A model generated the notes under the pieces. The model made no database searches. It had not been told where the DNA came from and was given only the letters and a program-made list of their open reading frames with translations. A program made the translations under genes and the position numbers. Source: Archangium sp. (GTDB lineage Bacteria; Myxococcota; Myxococcia; Myxococcales; Myxococcaceae). Taken from it: DNA of 20,996 nucleotides. The stretch spans positions 1 to 20,996 of the forward strand of contig JANLPS010000269.1 in NCBI GenBank assembly GCA_031367385.1, in the 5' to 3' direction. Shown one piece after another: positions 8,986 to 20,392 of this stretch (its first letter is position 1; each line of letters begins with the position of its first letter).

Positions 8986-9047
8986 GCGAGCGCCTCATAC
9001 TTGACGACCCCATCGCGGCCAAGCCCGGTATTGGGTATAGCGGGCGC
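8986..9047. promoter_or_regulatory. 62-bp divergent promoter region
   Basis: Only gap between divergent starts (8985 minus, 9048 plus). TATAGC at 9036-9041 sits 6 nt before ATG 9048 with no SD, so a leaderless start is possible. Exact promoter elements are uncertain. Confidence 0.45.
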
Positions 9048-9635
9048 ATGACACTCCGACCCCGAATTCTGGTTGCGATGCTTGCCGTGTCTGCGGCGTG
9101 TGCCACCTCGCACAAGTCATCTGAGCCTTTCGACCTCGAGTGGCGCGGCGCCGGCTCGCCCCCGTTGCCGTCGGCCCTGATGGCCCGAGTCGCCAGCCAG
9201 CACACCTTCGCCCTGCAACCGTGTGTCGATGCCCGTTCGATGCCAGCCAGCGTCGGCGTCATCGAGGAGACCCAGGTCGACCTCAAGGTGCGCAACAACG
9301 TCGGCGAGTTCTGCTCCCAGCGGTTGGCGCTCCTGCTGACCCAGGCCGGGTTTCAGTTGGCCAGCACGCCTGACGCCATCCCCCTGGCGCCTGAGCTGGT
9401 GGCCTTCAGCGTCATTGAGGGCAATGTCTACCGCGGCGATGTGCGTATTCGCCTGACCGCGACGCCTCCCGGCAAGCCTGCGTTCTCGACGCTCTACGCG
9501 GGGTCCAGCAAGCGCTTTGGGCGGTCTGAAAGCATCGAGAATTACAATGAAACGCTGTCGAATGCCTTCGCCGCGGCCGTCACCAAGATGGTGACCGACG
9601 ACGAGGGGTTGGGCCAGGTCATCGGTACTCCGTGA
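9048..9635 (+). CDS. Putative lipoprotein (possibly YajG-like fold)
   Basis: MTLRPRILVAMLAVSAAC signal with a lipobox-like Cys; 'VDARSMPASVG' and a C-terminal helix recall YajG-type lipoproteins (family assignment tentative). Stop overlaps the next GTG. Confidence 0.7.
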   Translation: MTLRPRILVAMLAVSAACATSHKSSEPFDLEWRGAGSPPLPSALMARVASQHTFALQPCVDARSMPASVGVIEETQVDLKVRNNVGEFCSQRLALLLTQAGFQLASTPDAIPLAPELVAFSVIEGNVYRGDVRIRLTATPPGKPAFSTLYAGSSKRFGRSESIENYNETLSNAFAAAVTKMVTDDEGLGQVIGTP

Positions 9636-10210
9636 ACGCGGTGGTGTTGACCTTCGTCGCGACGACCCTGACGTTGCTGGGGTTGCCGGGGCCGACCAAC
9701 ACGCTGTTGGCCACTGCCGGCGGGCTGATGGGCGTGCGCCGCGCGGTGCGGCTGATACCGGCCGAGCTCGGCGGGTACCTGTCGGCAATCACGATCATCA
9801 CCGTGGTGCTTCGGCCGATTCTCGCGGCGAACCCGGGGCTGGCGCTCAACCTCCGGTTGGTCGCGGGCGTGATTCTGGTCGTGCTTGCGGTGCGGCTGTG
9901 GCTCACCCCACCAGCCGCGGTCGAGGGCATTCGGGCCTGGCAGGTGTTCGTGACGACCTTGTTCAACCCCAAGGCGCTGGTCTTCGCGCTGAGCGTGATC
10001 CCCCACCTCATCGACGGAGAGCTCCGGGCCGCGCTGCCCTTCATGGCGGCTTTCTCGGTGATGGTCGTCGCGGTGGCAACGGGGTGGGCCGCGTTGGGTT
10101 CACTGCTTCAAGGTCGCTCGTTGAGCCCGCTGCGCATTCGCCGGGGGTCGGCGGTGGTGCTGGTGTTCTTCGCGGCGCTGATCTCGAGCTCGGTGTTTTG
10201 GCCGCGGTGA
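9632..10210 (+). CDS. LysE/RhtB-family translocator
   Basis: 192 aa, highly hydrophobic; LPGPTNTLL and TLFNPKAL motifs; GTGA overlaps at both ends. Confidence 0.85.
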   Translation: MNAVVLTFVATTLTLLGLPGPTNTLLATAGGLMGVRRAVRLIPAELGGYLSAITIITVVLRPILAANPGLALNLRLVAGVILVVLAVRLWLTPPAAVEGIRAWQVFVTTLFNPKALVFALSVIPHLIDGELRAALPFMAAFSVMVVAVATGWAALGSLLQGRSLSPLRIRRGSAVVLVFFAALISSSVFWPR

Positions 10211-11106
10211 GCCTCGACTGGAGGCTGAAGCTCTTGTTGCTGGCCGATCGCGATGGCCCTTCGGGAGATCCGACTCCCGTTGCGGCTCGAGAGGCCTTCT
10301 CTTCGCAAATGCGGCTGCTGCGACCGATTGCCACCGGCCCGGGCCCGAAGCTTTTGCAGGAGCTCGAGCTGTCGATCGGCCCGATGAAAGCCCGGCTCTA
10401 TCGCCCTGCGCTGGGGGTTTTGCCGATCATCCTGCACCTTCACGGTGGCGGGTGGGTCGTCGGCGATCTCGACAGCCACCAACCGTTCTGCCGCGCCCTC
10501 GCCAAAGCCACCGGGGCGATCGTCGTCGACCTCGAGTACCGGTTGGCCCCCGAACATCGGGCCCCCGCGGCCGTCGACGATGCCGTCGCTGCCTTGCTCT
10601 GGCTCAATGCCCACGCTGCCGAGCTCGGGGCCGATGGCAGCCGCATCGCCGTCGTCGGTGACAGCGCTGGAGGTCACCTCGCGGTGTGGGCTGCGCTTCG
10701 ATCGCCAGATCGCGTGCGGGCGCTCGCGCTGATCTACCCCGCGGTCGCAGCCGAGCTGACCACCGGCTCCCACCTCACCTTCGCATCAGGCTACGCCCTC
10801 ACCGCCGCCCGCATGCGCTGGTACTGGCACCAGTACGCCCCCGGGCCACTCGCGGCGAGCACCTCGTTGCTGAAGGCAGACCTCCGGGGTTTGCCTCCGA
10901 CCCTGGTGATCACAGCCCAGTACGACGTCTTGCACGACGAAGGCGTGACCCTGGTCGCCCAGCTCAAAGCTGCGGGCGTTGCGGTACAGCACCTCGAAAC
11001 CCCGGGGGTGATTCACGGCTTCATGGTGATGCAGCGCCTTCTGCCCCAAGCCCGCGCCGGTGTATCGACCATCTCGGCGCACCTTCGTTCGGCGCTCTCG
11101 CTATAG
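10207..11106 (+). CDS. Alpha/beta hydrolase, HSL-family (family IV) esterase/lipase
   Basis: Start moved to GTG 10207. HGGGW oxyanion motif, YRLAPEH, GDSAGG nucleophile, YDVLHDEG and HGF completing the triad. Confidence 0.93.
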   Translation: MSLDWRLKLLLLADRDGPSGDPTPVAAREAFSSQMRLLRPIATGPGPKLLQELELSIGPMKARLYRPALGVLPIILHLHGGGWVVGDLDSHQPFCRALAKATGAIVVDLEYRLAPEHRAPAAVDDAVAALLWLNAHAAELGADGSRIAVVGDSAGGHLAVWAALRSPDRVRALALIYPAVAAELTTGSHLTFASGYALTAARMRWYWHQYAPGPLAASTSLLKADLRGLPPTLVITAQYDVLHDEGVTLVAQLKAAGVAVQHLETPGVIHGFMVMQRLLPQARAGVSTISAHLRSALSL

Positions 11107-11142
11107 TTCACTGACGCGCCGCAGCCGTCGCGTTGCCCCGAA

Positions 11143-13125
11143 ATGCCATCGGTCATCCAACCAGGTCCTCCGAATGACTCGCCTGACGCGGCGGCCCACC
11201 TTCGGGCCGAGGGCGCTCTCGAGATCGGCTTCTTGCTGCGCAAAGTGCTCGATGCGCGCGCGCAGTATGCGCCCGATCACCCCAACGCGCGGGCCGCGCT
11301 GGGCAAGCTGCATGAGCGGCTGTTCACCCTGGTCACCACCGCTCCGAGCCTCACCCTTGACGTGGGCTCGACCCAGCTCTCGGTGGGTGGCCACCCGCTG
11401 GCGAAGAACGTCACCGGGCCTGACAAGCTGGCGCAAGCGCTGTTTGGCGATGGCGCACGAAAAATCGTCTTCAGCCGAGGCCTGAGCGTGGCGCAACTCT
11501 CGGCCTTTCTCGAGATCGCGGGCCGGGCTCGGCACGCCGACTCCGATCAATCGGTGATGACTGAATTCTGGGAGGCTGAGCTCGCGAGCATTCAATTCGT
11601 GGTCGCGACGACCTTCGCCGAAGATGGCTCAGAGAGCCTCGAGGTCGATTCTCCAGGGGCGCAGAAGAGCCAGCGCGAGCAGGTCGCCGGCGTGATGAGC
11701 GTCTTCACCAACCCAGACCTCTCGGCCTCGACCGGCTCTGATGACTTGCCGACGATGATCAGCCTGTCGAACGCCGAGCTCGAGGTGCTCTCGGCGACCA
11801 GCCTCGGTGACATCGATGGCAAGAACCTGCGCGCGCATGACAGCTCGGGTCGCGATGCGTTGCTGGCGGTCGACTCCGAGACGTTGCATGAGCTGCGAAA
11901 CCGGTTGGCGCAACCACGGGCCGATGCGGGCGAGCGGCTGCTCACCTCGCTCTTCGACGCAGCGGTGACCGGGCCGGCTGATTTGAAGCCCAAGGTGATC
12001 GCGGCGCTGCAGCAGACCTTCGAGTCGTTGCTCTCGACGAATCGGCTCGAGCCATGCTCCCGGGCAATCGACCACCAGCTGCAGCTGGCGCGCGCAGACC
12101 AGGTGGTGGCCGCGCAGCGTTTGCCAACGTTGAACCAGCTGCGGCAGGCCCTGGCTGCGTCGGCTGTCGTCGATTCGTTGCTGAGGGCGCTCGACGCCCC
12201 CGAGGTGGCGACGGCGGCGATCTCGCTGCTGCGCATCGTCGGCGGGCTCTGCCTCGACAAAATCTTTGATTCATTGGGCAAATTCAAGACCGAGCATGGC
12301 GCCCAGAACGTCAGCAAGCTCTTGGCACTGCTCAGCCCCAAAGCCGACGACCTCGCGGCGCGGGTGAAGACGGCGACCCCAGAGGTGGCGAAAGAAATCG
12401 TCCTGCTGTGCAATCGGCAACCGACCTCGATCGCTGCTCCGTTGTTGAGCGTGTTGCTGACCAGCCCCGACGCAGCGATTCGGCGCGTCGCGGTGCGCAC
12501 CGTCGAGCGGAGCGTCGCTCTCGGCATGAGCGCCCTGCTTCGCCGAATGATCGGAGACCCTGACCGTGAGGTGCGGCTGCTGGTCGTTCGGTTGCTCGCG
12601 TACGCCGAAGATCTGGCCTCGGTCGAGCCGATGAACCGCACCCTGATGCGCGCGACCACCGACCCCGCCGAGCGGCGCGAGCTGTACCGGGCCTTGGGAG
12701 AGATCGGAGGCCCGGCCGCCGCTGATGTGCTCACCAGCGAGCTCAACCGGCAGACTGATGTCGAGGCGCGCATCGCGATCGTCAATTGCTTCGGCCACGC
12801 CTGGAGCCCCAAGGCCGCCGCCGCGGTGGCAGAGCTCGGGGGCAAACTGCTGGGCAACCCCAAGCTGCGGCAGGCGTGCAAAGTCGCGATCGCCAAGGCC
12901 GCGGGCGTCAGCGCAAGCGGCATCGCGAGTGCGAGCGGGGTGGTGAGTGCGAGCGGCGTCAGCAGCGGGAGCGGCATCGTGAGGAGGAGCGGGGTCGTGA
13001 GCAGCCCGAGTGGGGTCGTGCGCAGCCCGAGTGGGGTCGTGCGCAACCCGAGTGGGGTCGCAAGCAGCCCGAGTGGGGTCGTGAGACAGAGCGGCATCGT
13101 CAAACCGGAGGGCCCGGAGAAATGA
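11143..13125 (+). CDS. HEAT-repeat protein with an uncharacterised N-terminal domain and a Ser/Gly/Val repeat tail
   Basis: 660 aa, helical; LLTSPDAAIRRVAV, MIGDPDREVRLLVVRLL, RRELYRALGEIGG, DVEARIAIVNCFG HEAT-like units. Stop overlaps the next ATG. Confidence 0.85.
   Translation: MPSVIQPGPPNDSPDAAAHLRAEGALEIGFLLRKVLDARAQYAPDHPNARAALGKLHERLFTLVTTAPSLTLDVGSTQLSVGGHPLAKNVTGPDKLAQALFGDGARKIVFSRGLSVAQLSAFLEIAGRARHADSDQSVMTEFWEAELASIQFVVATTFAEDGSESLEVDSPGAQKSQREQVAGVMSVFTNPDLSASTGSDDLPTMISLSNAELEVLSATSLGDIDGKNLRAHDSSGRDALLAVDSETLHELRNRLAQPRADAGERLLTSLFDAAVTGPADLKPKVIAALQQTFESLLSTNRLEPCSRAIDHQLQLARADQVVAAQRLPTLNQLRQALAASAVVDSLLRALDAPEVATAAISLLRIVGGLCLDKIFDSLGKFKTEHGAQNVSKLLALLSPKADDLAARVKTATPEVAKEIVLLCNRQPTSIAAPLLSVLLTSPDAAIRRVAVRTVERSVALGMSALLRRMIGDPDREVRLLVVRLLAYAEDLASVEPMNRTLMRATTDPAERRELYRALGEIGGPAAADVLTSELNRQTDVEARIAIVNCFGHAWSPKAAAAVAELGGKLLGNPKLRQACKVAIAKAAGVSASGIASASGVVSASGVSSGSGIVRRSGVVSSPSGVVRSPSGVVRNPSGVASSPSGVVRQSGIVKPEGPEK
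12904..13101 (+). repeat. Coding tandem repeats: degenerate 15-18-bp units, then 4 x 21-bp units (13000-13083)
   Basis: agcagcccgagtggggtcgtg / cgcagcccgagtggggtcgtg / cgcaacccgagtggggtcgca / agcagcccgagtggggtcgtg, encoding (S/R)(S/N)PSGV(V/A). Confidence 0.92.
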
Positions 13126-14483
13126 GCCACGACGACGGTTCAGAGGATCTCAAGCCGATCGCCCTGCTGGTCGAGAGCACGGCCGCGCTGCTGCGGCTCG
13201 CGACCGTTCACGACTCGAAGAACCCGGTTTTCACGCCTGCGCTGCAGCAGTTCGCGGCCCACTACCAAGCGGTCAACCCGAGCGATCTCGAAGTGACGCT
13301 GAGCCTCGTCGACGAGTCGATCTTCTTGAACCGTCAGCTGGTGCGCCTCACGCGAAACCAGGTGGCGAGCGTGGCATCGCTGCGAAAAGTGTTCGACCGG
13401 CTGCAGATCGACGAGCTCATCTTCGCGGGGGCGCAACCGCCCGAGGCGATGCGCGAATTCTTGGGCGTGTTTCAGAAGCACTGGGGCAGCTCGACCCCGC
13501 AGCTGCTCAAAGACGACGCTGCGGCGACCAACATTCGGCTGCGCAAGCTCGACTCGAAGCGCGTGGCGTCGAACGTGAACAGCATTCGGCTCGACCCGCG
13601 ACAGAATGTGCTGCGGTGCTACGCGGCGCTGACCATCGCGATTCGCAAGGCCCTCGAGCAGATGCACGCAGGAGCAGCCTGGCGCAGCCCCGACCTTCGA
13701 CGCGCGGTGCAGCAGCTGGCCGAGGCCTCAGATGGGCGTGAATCGCTGCTCGCCGGGCTGACCCGTTTTCCCAACTTCGTGGGTGATTTGCATTTTCACC
13801 TGGCGGCGGTGACCGCGCTGACGCTGATCATGTGCCGCAAGCTGGGCCTCAAGCGGGCCGCGCTCACCGATGTGTGCATGGCGGCGACGCTGCATGACAT
13901 CGGGCGCTTCACGATGAAGCGAGCCAAGGGCCAGCCCGAGAACGAGGCCGAGCAGTCGCGCGCATCGGTCGAGTCGCTGCTGCGAAACAGCGCGGGAGCC
14001 ACCAGTGAAGAGCTCTTCGTTCAGGCCTCGGCGTCGTACGAGTGCGCCCTGCCGCACCAGCCACGGCCTGGAGGCATGGCGCCCAGCACGCTGGCCCAGC
14101 TCATCGCGGTGCCGTGTGCGTTCGACCTGCTGAGCATGCCGCGGCCTCCACCGCACAACGTGGGGCCCGACCAGGCCTTGCGGCTGATTCAAGAACAGGC
14201 CGGTACGAAATACGACCCGAGCGTGGTGTCGCTGTTTCGCTCGGTCATGGGCGTCTACCCCGTGGGCACGACTGTGACGCTGAGCAATGACGCGATCGCG
14301 ATCGTGCTCGAGGTGCCCTCGAACCCGCTGCTCCTCTCGAAACCGGTGGTCAAAGTTGTTCGCGACGCGCGAGGGGCCAGCGACTACGTGGTCGACCTCT
14401 CGCAAGAAGCCAACCTGTCAATCACCGGCACCGCTGACCCCGTGCTCGAAGGCGTCAAAGCCACCTTCTTCCTCCTCGCCTAG
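13122..14483 (+). CDS. HD-GYP-like protein, degenerate active site
   Basis: Start moved to ATG 13122 (ATGA overlap). LHDIGR, 'AQLIAVPCAFDLLSMPRP', 'GTKYDPSVV' and 'MGVYPVGTTVTLS' follow the HD-GYP scaffold; the HHE and GYP motifs are absent. Confidence 0.85.
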   Translation: MSHDDGSEDLKPIALLVESTAALLRLATVHDSKNPVFTPALQQFAAHYQAVNPSDLEVTLSLVDESIFLNRQLVRLTRNQVASVASLRKVFDRLQIDELIFAGAQPPEAMREFLGVFQKHWGSSTPQLLKDDAAATNIRLRKLDSKRVASNVNSIRLDPRQNVLRCYAALTIAIRKALEQMHAGAAWRSPDLRRAVQQLAEASDGRESLLAGLTRFPNFVGDLHFHLAAVTALTLIMCRKLGLKRAALTDVCMAATLHDIGRFTMKRAKGQPENEAEQSRASVESLLRNSAGATSEELFVQASASYECALPHQPRPGGMAPSTLAQLIAVPCAFDLLSMPRPPPHNVGPDQALRLIQEQAGTKYDPSVVSLFRSVMGVYPVGTTVTLSNDAIAIVLEVPSNPLLLSKPVVKVVRDARGASDYVVDLSQEANLSITGTADPVLEGVKATFFLLA

Positions 14484-14493
14484 CCCCGCCCCC

Positions 14494-14520
14494 CCGTTCA
14501 TCCTGAGGGACTCGAAGGAC
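14494..14520 (+). repeat. REP-like short hairpin element, copy 2 (between convergent genes)
   Basis: CCGTTCATCCTGAGGGACTCGAAGGAC; stem TCCT-GAG/CGA-AGGA; 16 of 27 positions identical to copy 1, with compensatory stem changes. Confidence 0.55.
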
Positions 14521-14555
14521 CCTTCTGTCTCTCGGTAAAAGCCCTCACCTCGTGC

Positions 14556-18344
<3,789 letters not shown>

Positions 18345-18360
18345 GGTCCGGCGGTTTTAG

Positions 18361-18376
18361 CTCCGCTTGCGCGGAG
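18361..18376 (-). other. Small GNRA-capped hairpin between the S1 and kinase genes
   Basis: Minus strand CTCCGC-GCAA-GCGGAG, 16 nt upstream of the kinase ATG; no U-tract follows. Confidence 0.35.
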
Positions 18377-18426
18377 GGGGGAACCTTCAAAAATCGATGT
18401 GCGCGAGTGCCTACGTGCAGTGCGGC

Positions 18427-20289
18427 TTACTGGAGCTTCAAGCCCTTCAGCTTGTCGGCCAAGGAGTTGAAACCACCCGAGCCCTTGACGCTCTTCGCTT
18501 GAGTCGCCTTCCACGCTTCGAGGTCGGCGCGCTCTTCGCTTTTCGCTGCGGCGGTAATGGAGAGCTTGATCTTGTTGCCCTCCATCTCGACCACTTCGGC
18601 CTTGATCTCCTGGCCGAGCGAGAAGACGCGCTTCAGGTCGGTGCCGCGATCGGTGCCGGTCTCGGCGCCAGGCACCAGGCCCTGGTTGCCGTCGAACTCG
18701 AGAAACACGCCGTACTGCTCGATGCGAACGACCTTGCCGACGATCAGCGCGCCGCGCTTGGGGCGAACCGCTTGAGCCCGTGCAGGCTTCTTCTCGCCTG
18801 CCGGCATCGCCGTGGCGCCAGCGGCACCTTCAGAGGCCGAGGCCGCTTCAGTCGACGATGACGACGAAACGCCTTCGCCAATCGCCACGCCGTCTTTGAT
18901 CAACCGAAGGGCCACTCGCTTCTCGGCCGGGTCGATCTTCTCGATCTTCACTTCGATTTCGTCACCGACGCGCAGCACGTCACGCGGGTGCGCGATGCGT
19001 CGCTCGCTCATCGCCGAGACGTGAATCAGGCCATCGACGCCGGGCATCAGCTCGACGAACGCGCCGAACTGCTGCAGGCGAACGACCTTGCCCTTCATCG
19101 TCTCGCCCTCTTTGAGCTTGCCCAAAGCGGCGGTGAACGGGTCTTCCATCAGCTTGCGCATCGACAGGGTCACGCGTTCTTTGCGCTTGCTCTTGTCGGG
19201 TGAATTCGGCTCGGCGGCCTCGAGGCGAATGATCTCGACCTCGACCTCGTCGCCTGCCTTCACCACGTCGCTGGGGTGCTGAACCCGCATGTGCGACAGC
19301 TCAGAGACGGGAATCAGGCCTTCGATGCCGCCCAGATCAGTGAACGCGCCAAACGCCTGCACGTTGACGATTCGGCCGCGCATGATCTTGCCGACTTCGA
19401 GCGTCTTGCGCAGCTCGGCCGCCTTGGCCTTGTAGTCTTCTTCGAGCAGCGCACGGCGCGAGAGCACCACGTTGCGGTCGCGCACTTCGGTGACCCTGAA
19501 GGTCAACCGCTGGCCGACCAGCTCTTCGGGCTTCGAGACCTGGCGCACGTCGATTTGGCTCGTCGGGCAGAAGGCGCGAATGTCGCCGACCGCCACTTCG
19601 ATGCCGCCCTTGTTGACGGCGAGCACGAGGCCTTCGATGGGTATGCCCGACGCGCGAGCGTCTGAGAGCATCGACATCGACGCGGCGCCCTTCGACATCT
19701 TGCGCGAGAGAATGATGCCCTTGGCACCGGTCTCGGTGACGAACGCTTCGACTTCGTCGCCCACGCCCTGGCGCAGAATGCCTTCGTCGTCTTTGAGCTC
19801 GTCGAGCTCGATCATCGCCTCGAGCTTGCCGATGGTGACGAACGCGGTCTCGGCGCCGAGCTGAAAGATCTTGCCGCGCACCTTCTCGCCCACGCGGGGG
19901 AGCTTGCGGGTCGGCAGGCCGCCTTCTTTGGCGTGCTTCTCGAACATGTCGGCAAAGCTCTCGGCCTCGCTGACCTCGTCGTGAACCGAGGGGCCTTTGG
20001 GCTCGACCGGAGTCGGAGCGACGACCGCGCCCTCGCCGCTGGCCGCTTCACTGGGCGCGCCATTGCCGTTCGGGGTCACCGTCGGAGTACCGTCGAGCTT
20101 GCGCGTCTCGACTGCGCCGCCAGCGCGCTTGACGACGACCATCGGGCCTGGGCCCCTGCGCTGCTCGTCGCGGCGCGGTTCTTTGCGCTCATCTCGCGGT
20201 GCTCGATCGCGGGGGCGTTCACCCGAGCTCGAGGGAATACCCAACATCGCGTCTCCGAACGTCGCCTTCGGCTTCTTCTGTTCGCTCAC
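18427..20289 (-). CDS. S1 RNA-binding domain protein (RpsA-like, five S1 domains)
   Basis: Five OB/S1 units (e.g. FGAFTDLGGIEGLIPVSELS, FGAFVELMPGVDGLIHVSAMS); ESFADMFE helix before domain 1; GAGGAAG upstream of the GTG. Confidence 0.92.
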   Translation of the reverse strand: MSEQKKPKATFGDAMLGIPSSSGERPRDRAPRDERKEPRRDEQRRGPGPMVVVKRAGGAVETRKLDGTPTVTPNGNGAPSEAASGEGAVVAPTPVEPKGPSVHDEVSEAESFADMFEKHAKEGGLPTRKLPRVGEKVRGKIFQLGAETAFVTIGKLEAMIELDELKDDEGILRQGVGDEVEAFVTETGAKGIILSRKMSKGAASMSMLSDARASGIPIEGLVLAVNKGGIEVAVGDIRAFCPTSQIDVRQVSKPEELVGQRLTFRVTEVRDRNVVLSRRALLEEDYKAKAAELRKTLEVGKIMRGRIVNVQAFGAFTDLGGIEGLIPVSELSHMRVQHPSDVVKAGDEVEVEIIRLEAAEPNSPDKSKRKERVTLSMRKLMEDPFTAALGKLKEGETMKGKVVRLQQFGAFVELMPGVDGLIHVSAMSERRIAHPRDVLRVGDEIEVKIEKIDPAEKRVALRLIKDGVAIGEGVSSSSSTEAASASEGAAGATAMPAGEKKPARAQAVRPKRGALIVGKVVRIEQYGVFLEFDGNQGLVPGAETGTDRGTDLKRVFSLGQEIKAEVVEMEGNKIKLSITAAAKSEERADLEAWKATQAKSVKGSGGFNSLADKLKGLKLQ

Positions 20290-20356
20290 TGAGAACTTCC
20301 TCGTGTTTCAAAGGTACGCCGCTCGTTTTGGAAAACCCGACGTGCGGCGGGGGGGC

Positions 20357-20387
20357 GGCATAGCAGAACCCGGGGGGAAAAGAGCAA
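20357..20387 (-). promoter_or_regulatory. Possible sigma70-type promoter of the S1 gene
   Basis: TTGCTC-19 nt-TATGCC with a TG extension; weak match and a long spacer. Confidence 0.25.
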
Positions 20388-20392
20388 GAGGA

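Noticed and set aside
11102..11107. TATAGT as the -10 box for the HEAT/HD-GYP operon
   Set aside because: It overlaps the esterase stop codon and has no recognisable -35; too weak to call.
13000..13083. 21-bp repeats as a possible CRISPR array
   Set aside because: The units are contiguous with no unique spacers, they are in frame within a CDS, and there are no cas genes.
12786..13121. N-terminal extension of the HD-GYP ORF (QPEWGR repeats), and similar extensions on ORFs 9898, 8949, 8459, 5383, 3656 and 2142
   Set aside because: Each overlaps a neighbouring gene. Downstream starts give coupled junctions (ATGA/GTGA, short overlap or 2-nt gap) or, for 9048, a clear signal peptide.
11592..13130. 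512-aa minus-strand ORF with TTPLGL repeats
   Set aside because: Antisense shadow of the HEAT-repeat gene; its repeats mirror the sense-strand SGVV repeats and it has no independent motifs.
18361..18376. Rho-independent terminator after the S1 gene
   Set aside because: The hairpin is real but has no downstream U-tract on the transcribed strand.
18427..20289. Naming the S1 protein rpsA
   Set aside because: Atypical domain count, extension and context; it cannot be distinguished from a paralog without the genome.
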